Source: Mycobacterium sp.
Lineage (GTDB): Bacteria > Actinomycetota > Actinomycetes > Mycobacteriales > Mycobacteriaceae
Assembly: GCA_035625875.1 (NCBI GenBank)
Contig: DASPOT010000304.1
Coordinates: 1,891 to 65,890, forward strand
DNA length: 64,000 bases
Direction of reading: 5' to 3'
This document shows, piece after piece, positions 46,104 through 56,112 of the stretch (within the stretch, counting starts at the first letter, position 1; every line of letters begins with the position of its first letter). Made by a program: the position numbers and the translations under genes. The notes beneath the pieces are model-generated. The model did no database searches. It saw nothing but the letters and a program-made list of their open reading frames with translations, and was not told the origin of the DNA.

Positions 46104-46910
46104 TCACCGCTGACACCGGGGACACCAGAACACATTGCGGCCTTCCAGTTCGGCGGCCTGAATCCTTGCCCCGCACACCCGACACGGTTCGCCGGCGCGG
46201 CGGTATACGTAGGTGCGCGGCCGGTCGGGCAGGTATGCCGGCGGTCCGTGGTCGTGTTCGGCGCGGACGACGATGATCTTGCCACGACGTAGGCCGACCC
46301 TCATCAGCGCCACCAGGTCTGTCCATGCCGCGTCGAATTCTGCCTCGCTGATCGCCCGGCCGTGCCGGTACGGGTCGATGCCGTGACGGAATAGCAGCTC
46401 GTTGCGGTAGACGTTGCCGACACCGGCGATGACGGTCTGGTCCATCAGCAGCGCGGCAATAGGCTTGCGGGACTTCGTGATCCGTGCCCACGGCCACGCC
46501 GGATCGGCACCGCGGCGTAGCGGGTCGGGTCCTAGCCGAGACACCACCTCGGCGACCTGGGCATCGTCCAGCAGATCGCACATTGTGGGTCCGCGCAAGT
46601 CGGTACCGTACTCAGCGCCGACCATGCGCATCCGCACCTGACCGACCGGGGCGGGCATCGCAGCGCCGGGCGGACGTGCCCATTCGGTGAAGGTGCCGTA
46701 GAGACCAAGGTGCACGTGCACAGTCGGGCCGTCGTCATAGTGGTGGAAAAGATGTTTGCCCCAGGCGCTGGCGCGCCGCAGCACCCGGCCATCCACGGCA
46801 GCGGCAGACGTGGCGAACCGGCCCTGCGGGCTGGACACCGCGACCGGTGAACCGGCGAACCGGCGCTGGTGTAGCCGGGCCAGGCGGTGCAGAGTATGCC
46901 CTTCGGGCAC
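46104..46910 (-). CDS. nei1: Fpg/Nei DNA glycosylase (Rv2464c-like)
   Basis: MPEG N-terminus, GKHL, H2TH LLMDQ..AGVGNVY, zinc finger. Confidence 0.9.
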   Translation of the reverse strand: MPEGHTLHRLARLHQRRFAGSPVAVSSPQGRFATSAAAVDGRVLRRASAWGKHLFHHYDDGPTVHVHLGLYGTFTEWARPPGAAMPAPVGQVRMRMVGAEYGTDLRGPTMCDLLDDAQVAEVVSRLGPDPLRRGADPAWPWARITKSRKPIAALLMDQTVIAGVGNVYRNELLFRHGIDPYRHGRAISEAEFDAAWTDLVALMRVGLRRGKIIVVRAEHDHGPPAYLPDRPRTYVYRRAGEPCRVCGARIQAAELEGRNVFWCPRCQR

Positions 46911-46915
46911 GGTCG

Positions 46916-47404
46916 TCAGGTGTCAGCGCCGGGCACCGGCGGCGCTATGTGGGTTCGTTCGTATTTGCTGAGGATGTCGATACGCCGTTGATGCCGTTCG
47001 GCTTTCGACCACGGCGTGGCCACGAAGGCGTCGACGATGGCCAGTGCTTCGGGAACGGTGTGCATGCGGCCGCCGATACCGATCAACTGCGCATTGTTGT
47101 GTTCACGGGCCAGCGTCGCGGTCTCGACACTCCACGCCAGCGCGCACCGCACCCCGGGCACCTTGTTGGCGGCGATCTGCTCGCCATTGCCGGATCCGCC
47201 CAGCACGATGCCCAGGCTGCCCGGCTCGGCCACCGTGCGCGAAGCAGCGGCGATGCAAAACGCCGGGTAGTCGTCGTCGGCCTGGTAGCTGAACGCGCCG
47301 CAGTCGATCGGCTCGTGTCCGGATTTCTTCAGGTGCTCGATGATCTGCTGCTTAAGGTCGTAGCCGGCGTGGTCAGAACCCAGGTAGACACGCATGCCCG
47401 ACAT
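46916..47404 (-). CDS. rpiB: Ribose-5-phosphate isomerase B
   Basis: DHAG, DDDYP, GGSGNGE, AREHNNA. Confidence 0.95.
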   Translation of the reverse strand: MSGMRVYLGSDHAGYDLKQQIIEHLKKSGHEPIDCGAFSYQADDDYPAFCIAAASRTVAEPGSLGIVLGGSGNGEQIAANKVPGVRCALAWSVETATLAREHNNAQLIGIGGRMHTVPEALAIVDAFVATPWSKAERHQRRIDILSKYERTHIAPPVPGADT

Positions 47405-47454
47405 TGTGCCGGAAGCCCGGTCCTGCCCGAGCGGACCGCGGATAACGCCGGCCC

Positions 47455-48075
47455 TTAGTCGAATTCCGGTCGCTCGGTGCGGGTTCGCTTCAGCTCCCAG
47501 AAATGCGGGTAGGACCCGAAGGTCACCGAGGCGTCCCAGAGCTTGCCGGCGTCTTCGCCGCGGGGAATCTTCGACAGCACCGGGCCGAAGAACGCCACCC
47601 CGTTTACGTGGATGGTCGGCGTGCCCACGTCGTCACCCACGGCATCCATCCCCTCATGATGGCTCTTGCGCAGCGCCTCGTCGTAGGCGTCACTGTCCGC
47701 GGCCTTGGCCAGCTCGGCCGGTAGCCCCGCTTCGGCGAGCGACTGCTTAATGACGTCGTCGAGGTCTTTGTTGCCCTCGTTGTGAATGCGGGTGCCCATC
47801 GCGGTGTACAGCGGCCCCAAGACCTCTGGGCCGCGAGCCTGCTCGGCGGCGATCGCCACCCGCACCGGTCCCCAGGCCTTCTTGATGCCCTCCCGGTACT
47901 CCTCGGGCATATCGCGGCCCTCGTTGAGCACCGCCAGGCTCATCACGTGGAAATTGGTCTCGATATCGCGAACCTTCTCCACCTCAAGGATCCAGCGCGA
48001 GGTGATCCAACACCACGGGCACAGCGGATCGAACCAGAAATCGGCTCTGGATTTCTGGGGAGACTTTTCGGGCAT
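47455..48075 (-). CDS. DsbA-like mycothiol-dependent reductase (Rv2466c-like)
   Basis: [21 protein letters not shown]. Confidence 0.92.
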   Translation of the reverse strand: MPEKSPQKSRADFWFDPLCPWCWITSRWILEVEKVRDIETNFHVMSLAVLNEGRDMPEEYREGIKKAWGPVRVAIAAEQARGPEVLGPLYTAMGTRIHNEGNKDLDDVIKQSLAEAGLPAELAKAADSDAYDEALRKSHHEGMDAVGDDVGTPTIHVNGVAFFGPVLSKIPRGEDAGKLWDASVTFGSYPHFWELKRTRTERPEFD

Positions 48076-48116
48076 GGCAGGGTTCCTCTCGTCGACGGCC
48101 GGATCACCCTCCACCA

Positions 48117-48144
48117 CAACCGTAGCCGCACTAAGCGTGTTCCC
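48117..48144 (-). promoter_or_regulatory. SigH-type promoter of the Rv2466c-like gene
   Basis: GGGAAC-N18-GTTG on the minus strand. Rv2466c is an established SigH-regulon gene. Confidence 0.75.
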
Positions 48145-48166
48145 GCCCTCGGACTAAGTTGAGCAC

Positions 48167-50740
48167 GTGGCCCTTCCCAACCTCACCCGCGATCAGGCCG
48201 TCGAACGCGCCGCCCTCATCACCGTCGACAGCTACCGGATCAACCTGGACTTGACCGACGGCGGCGGCGGGCCGGGTGAGCGCACCTTCCGGTCGGTGAC
48301 CACCGTGGAGTTCGACGCGCTCGCCGGTGCTGACACCGTCATCGACATCGCCGCCGACACCGTGCACAGCGCCACCCTCAACGGGCGTGAACTCGACGTC
48401 TCCGGTTACGACGAGGCCACCGGCATTCCGCTGCGCGGGCTGGCCACGCACAACGTCGTCGTCGTCGACGCCGACTGCCGCTACTCGAACACCGGCGAAG
48501 GCCTGCACCGCTTCGTCGACCCGGTGGACGACGAGGTCTACCTGTATTCCCAGTTCGAAACCGCCGATGCCAAACGCATGTTCGCCTGCTTCGACCAACC
48601 CGACCTCAAGGCCATGTTTGACATCACGGTGACCGCGCCCGAGCAATGGCAGGTGATCTCCAACGGGGCCACCGCGAGCGTCGAGAACGGTGTGCACTGC
48701 TTCGCCACCACGCCGCGGATGAGCACTTACCTGGTGGCGCTGGTCGCCGGGCCATACGCCCACTGGGACGATACCTATACCGACGAGCACGGCGACATCC
48801 CGCTGAGGCTGTTCTGCCGGGCTTCGCTGGCCGAGTTCATGGACGCCGAGCGGCTGTTCACCCAAACCAAGCAGGGATTCGGCTTCTACCACAAGCACTT
48901 TGGCGTGCCCTACGCGTTCGGCAAATACGACCAGTTGTTTGTTCCCGAATTCAACGCGGGCGCGATGGAAAACGCCGGCGCCGTTACATTTTTGGAGGAC
49001 TACGTCTTCCGCAGCAAGGTCACCCGGGCATCCTACGAGCGGCGCGCCGAGACGGTGCTGCACGAGATGGCACACATGTGGTTCGGCGACCTGGTCACCA
49101 TGCGATGGTGGGATGACCTGTGGCTCAACGAATCGTTCGCCACCTTCGCCGCGGTGCTCTGCCAAAGCGAAGCAACGGAATTCACCCACGCCTGGACCAC
49201 GTTCGCCAACGCCGAGAAGTCATGGGCCTATCGGCAGGACCAGCTACCGTCGACGCACCCGATCGCGGCCGACATCCCCGACCTGGCCGCCGTCGAAGTC
49301 AACTTCGACGGCATCACCTACGCCAAAGGCGCCAGCGTGCTCAAACAACTGGTGGCCTACGTCGGGCTGGAGAACTTTCTCGCCGGGCTGCGCGACTACT
49401 TCAAAGCCCACGCATTCGACAACGCCACGTTCGGCGACCTGCTGGCCGCGCTGGAGAAGGCGTCGGGCCGCGATCTCTCCGACTGGGGGCAACAGTGGCT
49501 CAAGACGACCGGCCTTAACACGCTGCGGGCCGATTTCGACGTTGACACCGACGGTCGGTTCACCCGGTTCGCGGTGACCCAGGGCGGCGCCGAGCCGGGC
49601 GCCGGTGAGACCAGGGTGCACCGCCTCGCGGTCGGGATCTACGACGACGACGGTGCCGGCCGGTTGGTGCGGGTGCATCGCGAAGAGCTTGACGTCGTCG
49701 GTACGAGTACGGAAGTGCCTGCGCTGGCTGGGGTTTCGCGCGGGAAGCTAATCCTGGTCAACGACGACGACCTGACCTACTGCTCGCTGCGGCTGGACCC
49801 GGAGTCGCTGGGCACCGCGCTGCAGCGCATCGCCGACATCGCCGAGCCGCTGCCGCGCACGCTGGCGTGGTCGGCGGCCTGGGAGATGACCCGCGAGGCC
49901 GAATTCCGCGCCCGCGATTTCGTGTCGCTGGTATCGCGCGGTGTCGTCGCCGAAACTGATGTCGGGGTGGCACAGCGGCTGCTGATGCAGGCACAGACGG
50001 CCCTGAGTTCCTACGCCGAGCCGGGCTGGGCCCGCTCGGATGGTTGGCCGGCATTCGCTGACCGGCTGCTGGAGCTGGCCCGCGGCGCCGACGCAGGATC
50101 GGATCACCAGCTGGCCTTCGTCAACGCGCTGTGCTCGTCGGTGCTCTCGACCCGGCATGTGGTGGCGCTGGCGGACCTGCTCGACCACGACCCGGCCGAC
50201 CTGGGGTTGGTAGGCCTGGAGGTCGACACCGACCTGCGCTGGCGCATCGTGACCGCACTGGCCACCGCCGGCGATATCGACGCCGACGGCCCCGAAACGC
50301 CGTTCATCGACGCCGAGGTGCAACGCGACCCGACAGCTGCCGGCAAACGGTACGGCGCCCAGGCCTCGGCGGCACGACCGCAATTCCAGGTCAAGGACAG
50401 GGCGTGGACCGAGGTGATTGAGGACGACACCCTGCCCAACGTCGTCGGCCGGTCGATCATCGCTGGCATCGTCGCGCCCGGGCAGGGCGAGCTGCTCAAG
50501 CCGTTCACCGCGCGCTACTTCGAGGCGATACCCGGAGTGTGGGAACGGCGCTCCAGCGAAGTGGCGCAAACAGTGGTGGTCGGGCTGTATCCGTCCTGGG
50601 ATATCAACGACGACGGTATCGCCGCCGCCGACGAGTTCCTGGCCGCTCCGGAACCGCCGCCAGCGTTGCGCCGGCTGGTGATCGAGGGCCAAGCGGGAGT
50701 CAAACGGGCGCTGAAGGCCCGCAGGTTCGACGCCGACTAA
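48167..50740 (+). CDS. pepN: Aminopeptidase N
   Basis: GAMEN, HEMAH..NE, ITYAKG. Confidence 0.96.
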   Translation: MALPNLTRDQAVERAALITVDSYRINLDLTDGGGGPGERTFRSVTTVEFDALAGADTVIDIAADTVHSATLNGRELDVSGYDEATGIPLRGLATHNVVVVDADCRYSNTGEGLHRFVDPVDDEVYLYSQFETADAKRMFACFDQPDLKAMFDITVTAPEQWQVISNGATASVENGVHCFATTPRMSTYLVALVAGPYAHWDDTYTDEHGDIPLRLFCRASLAEFMDAERLFTQTKQGFGFYHKHFGVPYAFGKYDQLFVPEFNAGAMENAGAVTFLEDYVFRSKVTRASYERRAETVLHEMAHMWFGDLVTMRWWDDLWLNESFATFAAVLCQSEATEFTHAWTTFANAEKSWAYRQDQLPSTHPIAADIPDLAAVEVNFDGITYAKGASVLKQLVAYVGLENFLAGLRDYFKAHAFDNATFGDLLAALEKASGRDLSDWGQQWLKTTGLNTLRADFDVDTDGRFTRFAVTQGGAEPGAGETRVHRLAVGIYDDDGAGRLVRVHREELDVVGTSTEVPALAGVSRGKLILVNDDDLTYCSLRLDPESLGTALQRIADIAEPLPRTLAWSAAWEMTREAEFRARDFVSLVSRGVVAETDVGVAQRLLMQAQTALSSYAEPGWARSDGWPAFADRLLELARGADAGSDHQLAFVNALCSSVLSTRHVVALADLLDHDPADLGLVGLEVDTDLRWRIVTALATAGDIDADGPETPFIDAEVQRDPTAAGKRYGAQASAARPQFQVKDRAWTEVIEDDTLPNVVGRSIIAGIVAPGQGELLKPFTARYFEAIPGVWERRSSEVAQTVVVGLYPSWDINDDGIAAADEFLAAPEPPPALRRLVIEGQAGVKRALKARRFDAD

Positions 50741-50878
50741 GTCCACCTGACCCGCGAGCTCGGCTACTTGCTCGGCCCGCCTCGGCGTGACGGCTACAAC
50801 GCGCACCGTTGTGGCGAGGAACGGCATTTCCGTCGCTCCCGGGGAATATCCGCCCTTGTCGGGCAGTCGTAACGTGGC

Positions 50879-51301
50879 ATGAAACTCCACCCCACCGCTC
50901 GCGACCTCATCGGATCTGGCGCGGACGCCACGCTCGTTACGCTCAACTCCGACGGCAGCCCGCACGCAACCGTGGTCTGGGTGGCCCTTCAGTCCACGCC
51001 AGACGACGACGAACTTGTCACCGCCCATCTGACCGAACACCAGAAGGTCCGCAATGTCCGTCGCGACGGGCGGGTGGCGCTGACCGTCCTCTCCCCCGAC
51101 CGTGGCGAGGCGATGCGACCCTACCTGGCCATCACCGGGACAGGCCGGATCGTCGAGGGCGGTGCACCGGAGCTACTCAGAGAACTCGCCAAGACGATGA
51201 CCAGCCCCGGCATTAAGTTCCCGCCGGATAACGCGCCGCCGGGATTTCTCACCCGCATCCAGATCGACAAGGTCGGCGGTATGGGGCCGTGGACATCCTG
51301 A
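50879..51301 (+). CDS. PPOX-class (probable F420-dependent) oxidoreductase
   Basis: ATLVTLNSDGSPH, KVRNVRRDGRVAL. Confidence 0.85.
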   Translation: MKLHPTARDLIGSGADATLVTLNSDGSPHATVVWVALQSTPDDDELVTAHLTEHQKVRNVRRDGRVALTVLSPDRGEAMRPYLAITGTGRIVEGGAPELLRELAKTMTSPGIKFPPDNAPPGFLTRIQIDKVGGMGPWTS

Positions 51302-51317
51302 CCCGTCAAGACACCCG

Positions 51318-51785
51318 CTAGGGCGGGGAGATGCCAGCGCTGAGAACCCGGATCGCGCTGATCAGCCCGTCCATCAGGTTGCCCTGCTGAAACGCCGACG
51401 CCGCAGCCGCCACCCCCAGTGGTGCGGCCGACTCGGTGCCACGACCCCGCACATCCGCACCATAAACCACCTCGATCGCATGCTGGTTTGGTGAAACCGC
51501 AAGCAGCACAGCGTTATTCGGCGTGGATATGTTGCCCAGGATCTCACGGGCCCGCGAGGCGGTGTCGTTGCCCAGGTCGCCGATGTAGACGGCGAACCGC
51601 GCCTTGGACGCCCGCGATCCGTACGTCAGCGCGTCGTCCAGGGTGACGAGGTCTTTGATGGGGAACGGGTAGTGCACCGATACCTCGCCGGGCTCGGTGA
51701 CCCCAGAGATCCGTCCGCTGGACGTGACCACAAAGCCGTTCGGCAGCTCGGTGGGCTGGATCGTCGCGACCTCACCACTTACCAC
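51318..51785 (-). CDS. ctaI: Rv2468c-like protein (respiratory supercomplex accessory subunit CtaI)
   Basis: [29 protein letters not shown] matches recalled Rv2468c. Coupled to ctaJ. Confidence 0.75.
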   Translation of the reverse strand: MVSGEVATIQPTELPNGFVVTSSGRISGVTEPGEVSVHYPFPIKDLVTLDDALTYGSRASKARFAVYIGDLGNDTASRAREILGNISTPNNAVLLAVSPNQHAIEVVYGADVRGRGTESAAPLGVAAAASAFQQGNLMDGLISAIRVLSAGISPP

Positions 51786-52002
51786 TGGCCCCGCCCCCCA
51801 CGCTGAAGTCGGATGTGCCATCTCCGTGGTGGCCGTCGCCGACATCTTCGTCGGTAGCGGCCCACAGAATCGGCGGATGCGTCCACTGCTCCGACAACTT
51901 GTAGGTCGCCGGGTGGGGTCCCTTGCGGGACCAGATCAGCGCCACCAGCACGACCACCAGCAACAGGGGGATACCCACAAAGTAGAGGTGGATCGCCATC
52001 AT
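51772..52002 (-). CDS. ctaJ: Cytochrome aa3 oxidase accessory subunit CtaJ (Rv2468A-like)
   Basis: One TM helix, [28 protein letters not shown]. Confidence 0.8.
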   Translation of the reverse strand: MMAIHLYFVGIPLLLVVVLVALIWSRKGPHPATYKLSEQWTHPPILWAATDEDVGDGHHGDGTSDFSVGGGASGKW

Positions 52003-52051
52003 GCTCACGACGCAAACCGTATCCCACCGAGGAGAGATCGGTGCACTAAGC

Positions 52052-52227
52052 CGCTGAGCCCGATTGCCCGGCTCCTCCTCGGGCCATCGCGCGGCCCGCA
52101 TCGTCGCCGGCTCAGCCCCAATTGCCCGGCTCTTCCTCGGGCCATCGCGCGGCCCGCATCGTCGCCGGCTCAGCCCCAATTGCCCGGCTCCTCCTCGGGC
52201 CATCGCGCGGCCCGCATCGTCGCCGGG
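52052..52227. repeat. MIRU-type VNTR, three ~58-bp units
   Basis: Unit CTCAGCCCCAATTGCCCGGCTCCTCCTCGGGCCATCGCGCGGCCCGCATCGTCGCCGG recurs at 52111 and 52169, with a diverged first copy. Confidence 0.9.
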
Positions 52228-52875
52228 CTACGCCGCGCCTTCACCGAGGTAGCGCGCCCACGACGGGTCCAGCTCTTTGACCGTCGACAACAGTCGCCAA
52301 TGCTCTCCCCTCGGCGGCATCGGCATCCGGTGCAGTGTCCAGCCAAGTTCGGCCAACAGCCGGTCGCCCTTGCGGTGGTTGCACGTCGAGCAGGACGCGA
52401 CACAGTTTTCCCAGGAGTGATCGCCGCCGCGGCTGCGCGGCACGACATGGTCGACGGTGTCGGCCTTGGCCCCGCAGTAGACACAGCAGAAGCGGTCGCG
52501 GTGCATCAGCGCGGCCCGGGTCAGCGGGACACGAGCTCGGTAGGGCACCCGGACATAGGACCGCAGCCGGATGACCGAGGGCACCACGATCGACCTGGTC
52601 GCCGAGTGGATCACCGGCCCGGATGGGTCGTCGTGCACCACCTCGGCCTTGCCGCAGATCAGCATAATGATCGCCCGGCGCACCGGCAACGCGGTCAGCG
52701 GCTCATAGGTGGAGTTCAGCAGCAGCACCCGGCGACGATTCCAGATCGATCCGCTCTCGTGCCGGATGGGCGGATGGGTGTCGACACTGTGCAGGCATGA
52801 CGCGGTCGCGGGCCCGGTTAGGGCTGCCGCGGCACCGGAGCTTCGGTGGCCGCGGCGTTTCTTGCGCTGCGCCAT
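52228..52875 (-). CDS. HNH endonuclease-family protein (Rv2469c-like)
   Basis: VLLLNSTYEPL, RDRFCCVYCG, DHVVPRSRGG, NCVASCSTCN. Confidence 0.9.
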   Translation of the reverse strand: MAQRKKRRGHRSSGAAAALTGPATASCLHSVDTHPPIRHESGSIWNRRRVLLLNSTYEPLTALPVRRAIIMLICGKAEVVHDDPSGPVIHSATRSIVVPSVIRLRSYVRVPYRARVPLTRAALMHRDRFCCVYCGAKADTVDHVVPRSRGGDHSWENCVASCSTCNHRKGDRLLAELGWTLHRMPMPPRGEHWRLLSTVKELDPSWARYLGEGAA

Positions 52876-53048
52876 AGGTCCTCCGCGGAACAGTCCACCA
52901 TGATTTGCCACCGACTGCACGCCAATTTGGGGTGTGTGCGCAGTGTCAATCCGGTGAACATGGGCTGCTCGGTTCCATCCTTGCGTCGGCAAGCCGCCGA
53001 TCGACAAGGTCCGGCATCAACCGGCCGTTCGTGGATAATACCTCGCCA

Positions 53049-53588
53049 TGGCTGACACTCCTGACCTGGGCCCGGACCCGAGTGAGGCCCTCCGGACAGG
53101 GAGAATGCCCGGATCCAGACCGCGCTGTCAGCCATGACTGACTGTGTCGCGGGGATGCAGGACCTAGAAAGCAAAAAATCTGAGATCGAAACAGCCGCCC
53201 GCAACGAAGGTTTCGTCGTCGACGACGAAGGCTGTGTCAGCGTCGGGCCACACCGCGAGCGCTCGGGCGAGGTGAGCGACGATGCTGACACGCGGCGCGC
53301 CCGTTATGAGCATCGCATCATGTCGGCACTGGCCGATATGGCTCAGCTACAGGAGCACACGGTGGCCACCATATGCGACGCTTAGGGGCCGACGAGCGCG
53401 GAATGCCGTGGGCCATTTGCGAATGCGCCCGGGCCGGATTTGACCTGAGCGGCTCGTTCGAAGCCGGCGCACAGCTGCCGCCGTCACCGCTGCGAGACCT
53501 GATGGAACGGCTCGCCTCCGACATGGCACGTGCCAACCGGCGGTTTGGCCAAACCCCTCCACGAGGGCTGAACCGAAAACGCACTTGA
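53049..53588 (+). pseudogene. Hypothetical helical protein apparently broken by two frameshifts
   Basis: Segments MADTPD.. / ARIQTALSAMTD..HTVAT / RRLGADERGMPW..RRFG lie in successive frames. Confidence 0.4.
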
Positions 53589-53703
53589 TACGCGGCGACA
53601 CCGCCGACGAGCGCGTCCGAACGCGTAGCAGACGGTATAGCAAGCAGGACGCACAGCCCCCGCCGCGCGGCGACCTCCCTCGCGATGGCCCACAATGGAG
53701 GCG

Positions 53704-54102
53704 ATGGAACGGGTACAACAGCAGTCCTTCTACGACGCCGTCGGCGGCGCTGAGACCTTCCGCGCGATCGTGTCGCGGTTCTACGAGCTGGTCCCCGAGG
53801 ACGAGATCCTGCGCCGGGTATACCCCGAGGACGACCTGGCAGGCGCCGAGAAACGGTTGCGGATGTTCCTCGAGCAGTACTGGGGTGGTCCGCGAACGTA
53901 CTCCGAACAGCGCGGCCATCCTCGGCTGCGAATGCGGCATGCGCCGTTCCTGATCTCGCCGATCGAGCGCGACGCGTGGTTGCGGTGCATGCACGTCGCA
54001 GTGGCCTCCATCGACTCGCACACCCTCGACGACGAGCACCGTAAGGAGTTGCTCGACTACCTCGAAATGGCCGCTCACTCGTTGGTCAACTCGATGTTTT
54101 GA
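53704..54102 (+). CDS. glbO: Group II truncated hemoglobin
   Basis: [26 protein letters not shown]. Confidence 0.95.
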   Translation: MERVQQQSFYDAVGGAETFRAIVSRFYELVPEDEILRRVYPEDDLAGAEKRLRMFLEQYWGGPRTYSEQRGHPRLRMRHAPFLISPIERDAWLRCMHVAVASIDSHTLDDEHRKELLDYLEMAAHSLVNSMF

Positions 54103-55700
54103 TGGGGGAGCCGACGGCTGACCCGCACGGCGCCGCTGGTGCGGCGTGGTGGTCTCATGCCGTGTTCTACCAGGTCTATCCGCGGTCGTTCGCCGACAGC
54201 AACGGCGACGGGGTGGGCGACCTGGACGGGGTGGCGGGCAGGCTGGACTACCTGAGGGCGCTCGGCGTCGACGCGATCTGGATCAACCCTGTCGCGGTCT
54301 CACCGATGGCCGACCACGGCTACGACGTCGCCGATCCCCGTGACGTCGATCCGCTGTTCGGCGGGATGGCCGCGCTCGAGCGGCTGATCGCCGCGGCCCA
54401 CCAGCGGGGCATCAAGATCATCATGGACGTGGTGCCCAACCACACCAGTTCCCAGCACCCGTGGTTTCAGGCGGCGCTGGCCGCCGGCCCGGGCAGCGCC
54501 GCACGCGAGCGCTACATCTTCCGCGACGGTCGCGGGCCGAGTGGGCTGAGGCCGCCCAACAACTGGGTATCGGTACACGGCGGGTCGGCCTGGACGCGGG
54601 TCACCGAGCCGGACGGCAATCCGGGTCAGTGGTATCTACACCTGTTCGATGCCGAGCAGCCCGACCTGAACTGGGACAACCCGGAGGTGTTCGACGATTT
54701 CGAGAAAACCCTGCGGTTCTGGCTGGACCGCGGCGTCGACGGTTTCCGCATCGACGTCGCGCACGGGATGGCCAAGCCGCCGGGGCTGCCGGATATGAAG
54801 TCCCTCGACAACCGGCTGCTGCGCGACGACAATGACGACCCCCGGTTCGACCAGCCGAACGTGCATGCGATCCACCGGGATATCCGCAGGGTCGTCGACG
54901 ACTATCCGGGCACGCTGACCATCGGAGAAGTGTGGGTCCTTAACAACGCCCGGTGGGCCGAGTATCTGCGCTCCGACGAACTGCACCTCGGCTTCAATTT
55001 CCGGCTGGCGCAAGCCGACTTCGACGCCGCCGAGATCCGCGACGCGATCGAAAACACGCTGGCGGCCGCGGCGATCGAAGATGCCACGCCGACCTGGACG
55101 CTGGCCAACCACGATGTCGGCCGGGAGGTGACTCGCTACGGCGGCGGCGAAGTCGGACGAGCGCGGGCGCGGGCGACGGCGATGGTGATGCTCGCCCTGC
55201 CGGGCACGGCGTTCATCTACAACGGTCAGGAGCTGGGATTGCCCGATGTGGAGTTGCCCGACGAGGTGTTGCAGGACCCGACGTGGGAGCGCTCGGGACA
55301 CACCAAACGCGGCCGCGACCGCTGCCGGGTTCCGATACCGTGGTCGGGTGAGGCTCCCCCGTTCGGGTTCTCGACGAACGCCGACACCTGGTTGCCGATG
55401 CCGCCGGAATGGGCGGGACTGACTGTCGAAAAGCAGCTTTCCGATGCTGACTCGACATTGTCATTCTTCCGGCGAGCACTCGAATTACGCAGGGCGCGTG
55501 CGGAATTCTCGGGTGACCGAATCGACTGGCTGGCCGCGCGGCGCGGTGCGCTGATATTTCGGCGTCGTGGCGGTCGGCTGGTGTGCGCGCTGAATGCCGG
55601 TAAGCGGCCGATGGCACTGCCAGACGGGGAAGTGATCTTGGCCAGCGCCCCGTTGGTTGACGGTCGATTGCCGCCGAACGCCGCGGCGTGGCTCGTCTGA
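54102..55700 (+). CDS. aglA: GH13 alpha-glucosidase (Rv2471-like)
   Basis: YQVYPRSFADSNGDG, VPNH, GFRIDVAH, GEVW, NHD. Confidence 0.9.
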   Translation: MGEPTADPHGAAGAAWWSHAVFYQVYPRSFADSNGDGVGDLDGVAGRLDYLRALGVDAIWINPVAVSPMADHGYDVADPRDVDPLFGGMAALERLIAAAHQRGIKIIMDVVPNHTSSQHPWFQAALAAGPGSAARERYIFRDGRGPSGLRPPNNWVSVHGGSAWTRVTEPDGNPGQWYLHLFDAEQPDLNWDNPEVFDDFEKTLRFWLDRGVDGFRIDVAHGMAKPPGLPDMKSLDNRLLRDDNDDPRFDQPNVHAIHRDIRRVVDDYPGTLTIGEVWVLNNARWAEYLRSDELHLGFNFRLAQADFDAAEIRDAIENTLAAAAIEDATPTWTLANHDVGREVTRYGGGEVGRARARATAMVMLALPGTAFIYNGQELGLPDVELPDEVLQDPTWERSGHTKRGRDRCRVPIPWSGEAPPFGFSTNADTWLPMPPEWAGLTVEKQLSDADSTLSFFRRALELRRARAEFSGDRIDWLAARRGALIFRRRGGRLVCALNAGKRPMALPDGEVILASAPLVDGRLPPNAAAWLV

Positions 55701-55797
55701 CGGCCTTGCTTGTGGCTATGGCCCGCCGACCAAAAAGGTGAATTGACCGGCGCATATGCGGTAGTAGCTTTACCGACAACTCGGGAAAGGGGTAGCG

Positions 55798-56112
55798 ATG
55801 TTCGTCGACACCGGATTGCTGCACTCGGGAGCCAGCGATTCCTGCCGCGCCAGCTCACGCGCCGACGACGGGGCCAACCACCTGGCGCGGACGTCGCCGG
55901 TGGCGGGGATGTTCGGTGACTTCCCCGCAGCGCACGAGTTCCGCGAGGCCATCGGCATGGCGCGTGCTCACCACGCCACCAGGCTGCGGGCCCATCAGGA
56001 GATACTCAGCAACGTCGGTGACAAGGCCCGTACGGCCGCGGCCGATTTCACCGCGATGGAGCAGCACAACGCGGCGGCGTTGCGGGCAGCCCGGTGCAAC
56101 TCCGCTACATAA
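55798..56112 (+). CDS. Small helical ESX-partner-like protein (Rv2078/DUF2563-like)
   Basis: MFVDTGLLHSGA..GMFGDF..FTAMEQHNAA resembles recalled Rv2078. Confidence 0.8.
   Translation: MFVDTGLLHSGASDSCRASSRADDGANHLARTSPVAGMFGDFPAAHEFREAIGMARAHHATRLRAHQEILSNVGDKARTAAADFTAMEQHNAAALRAARCNSAT

Noticed and set aside
52228-52875. HNH protein as a novel defence or homing nuclease
   Set aside because: It matches the conserved syntenic Rv2469c-like core gene.
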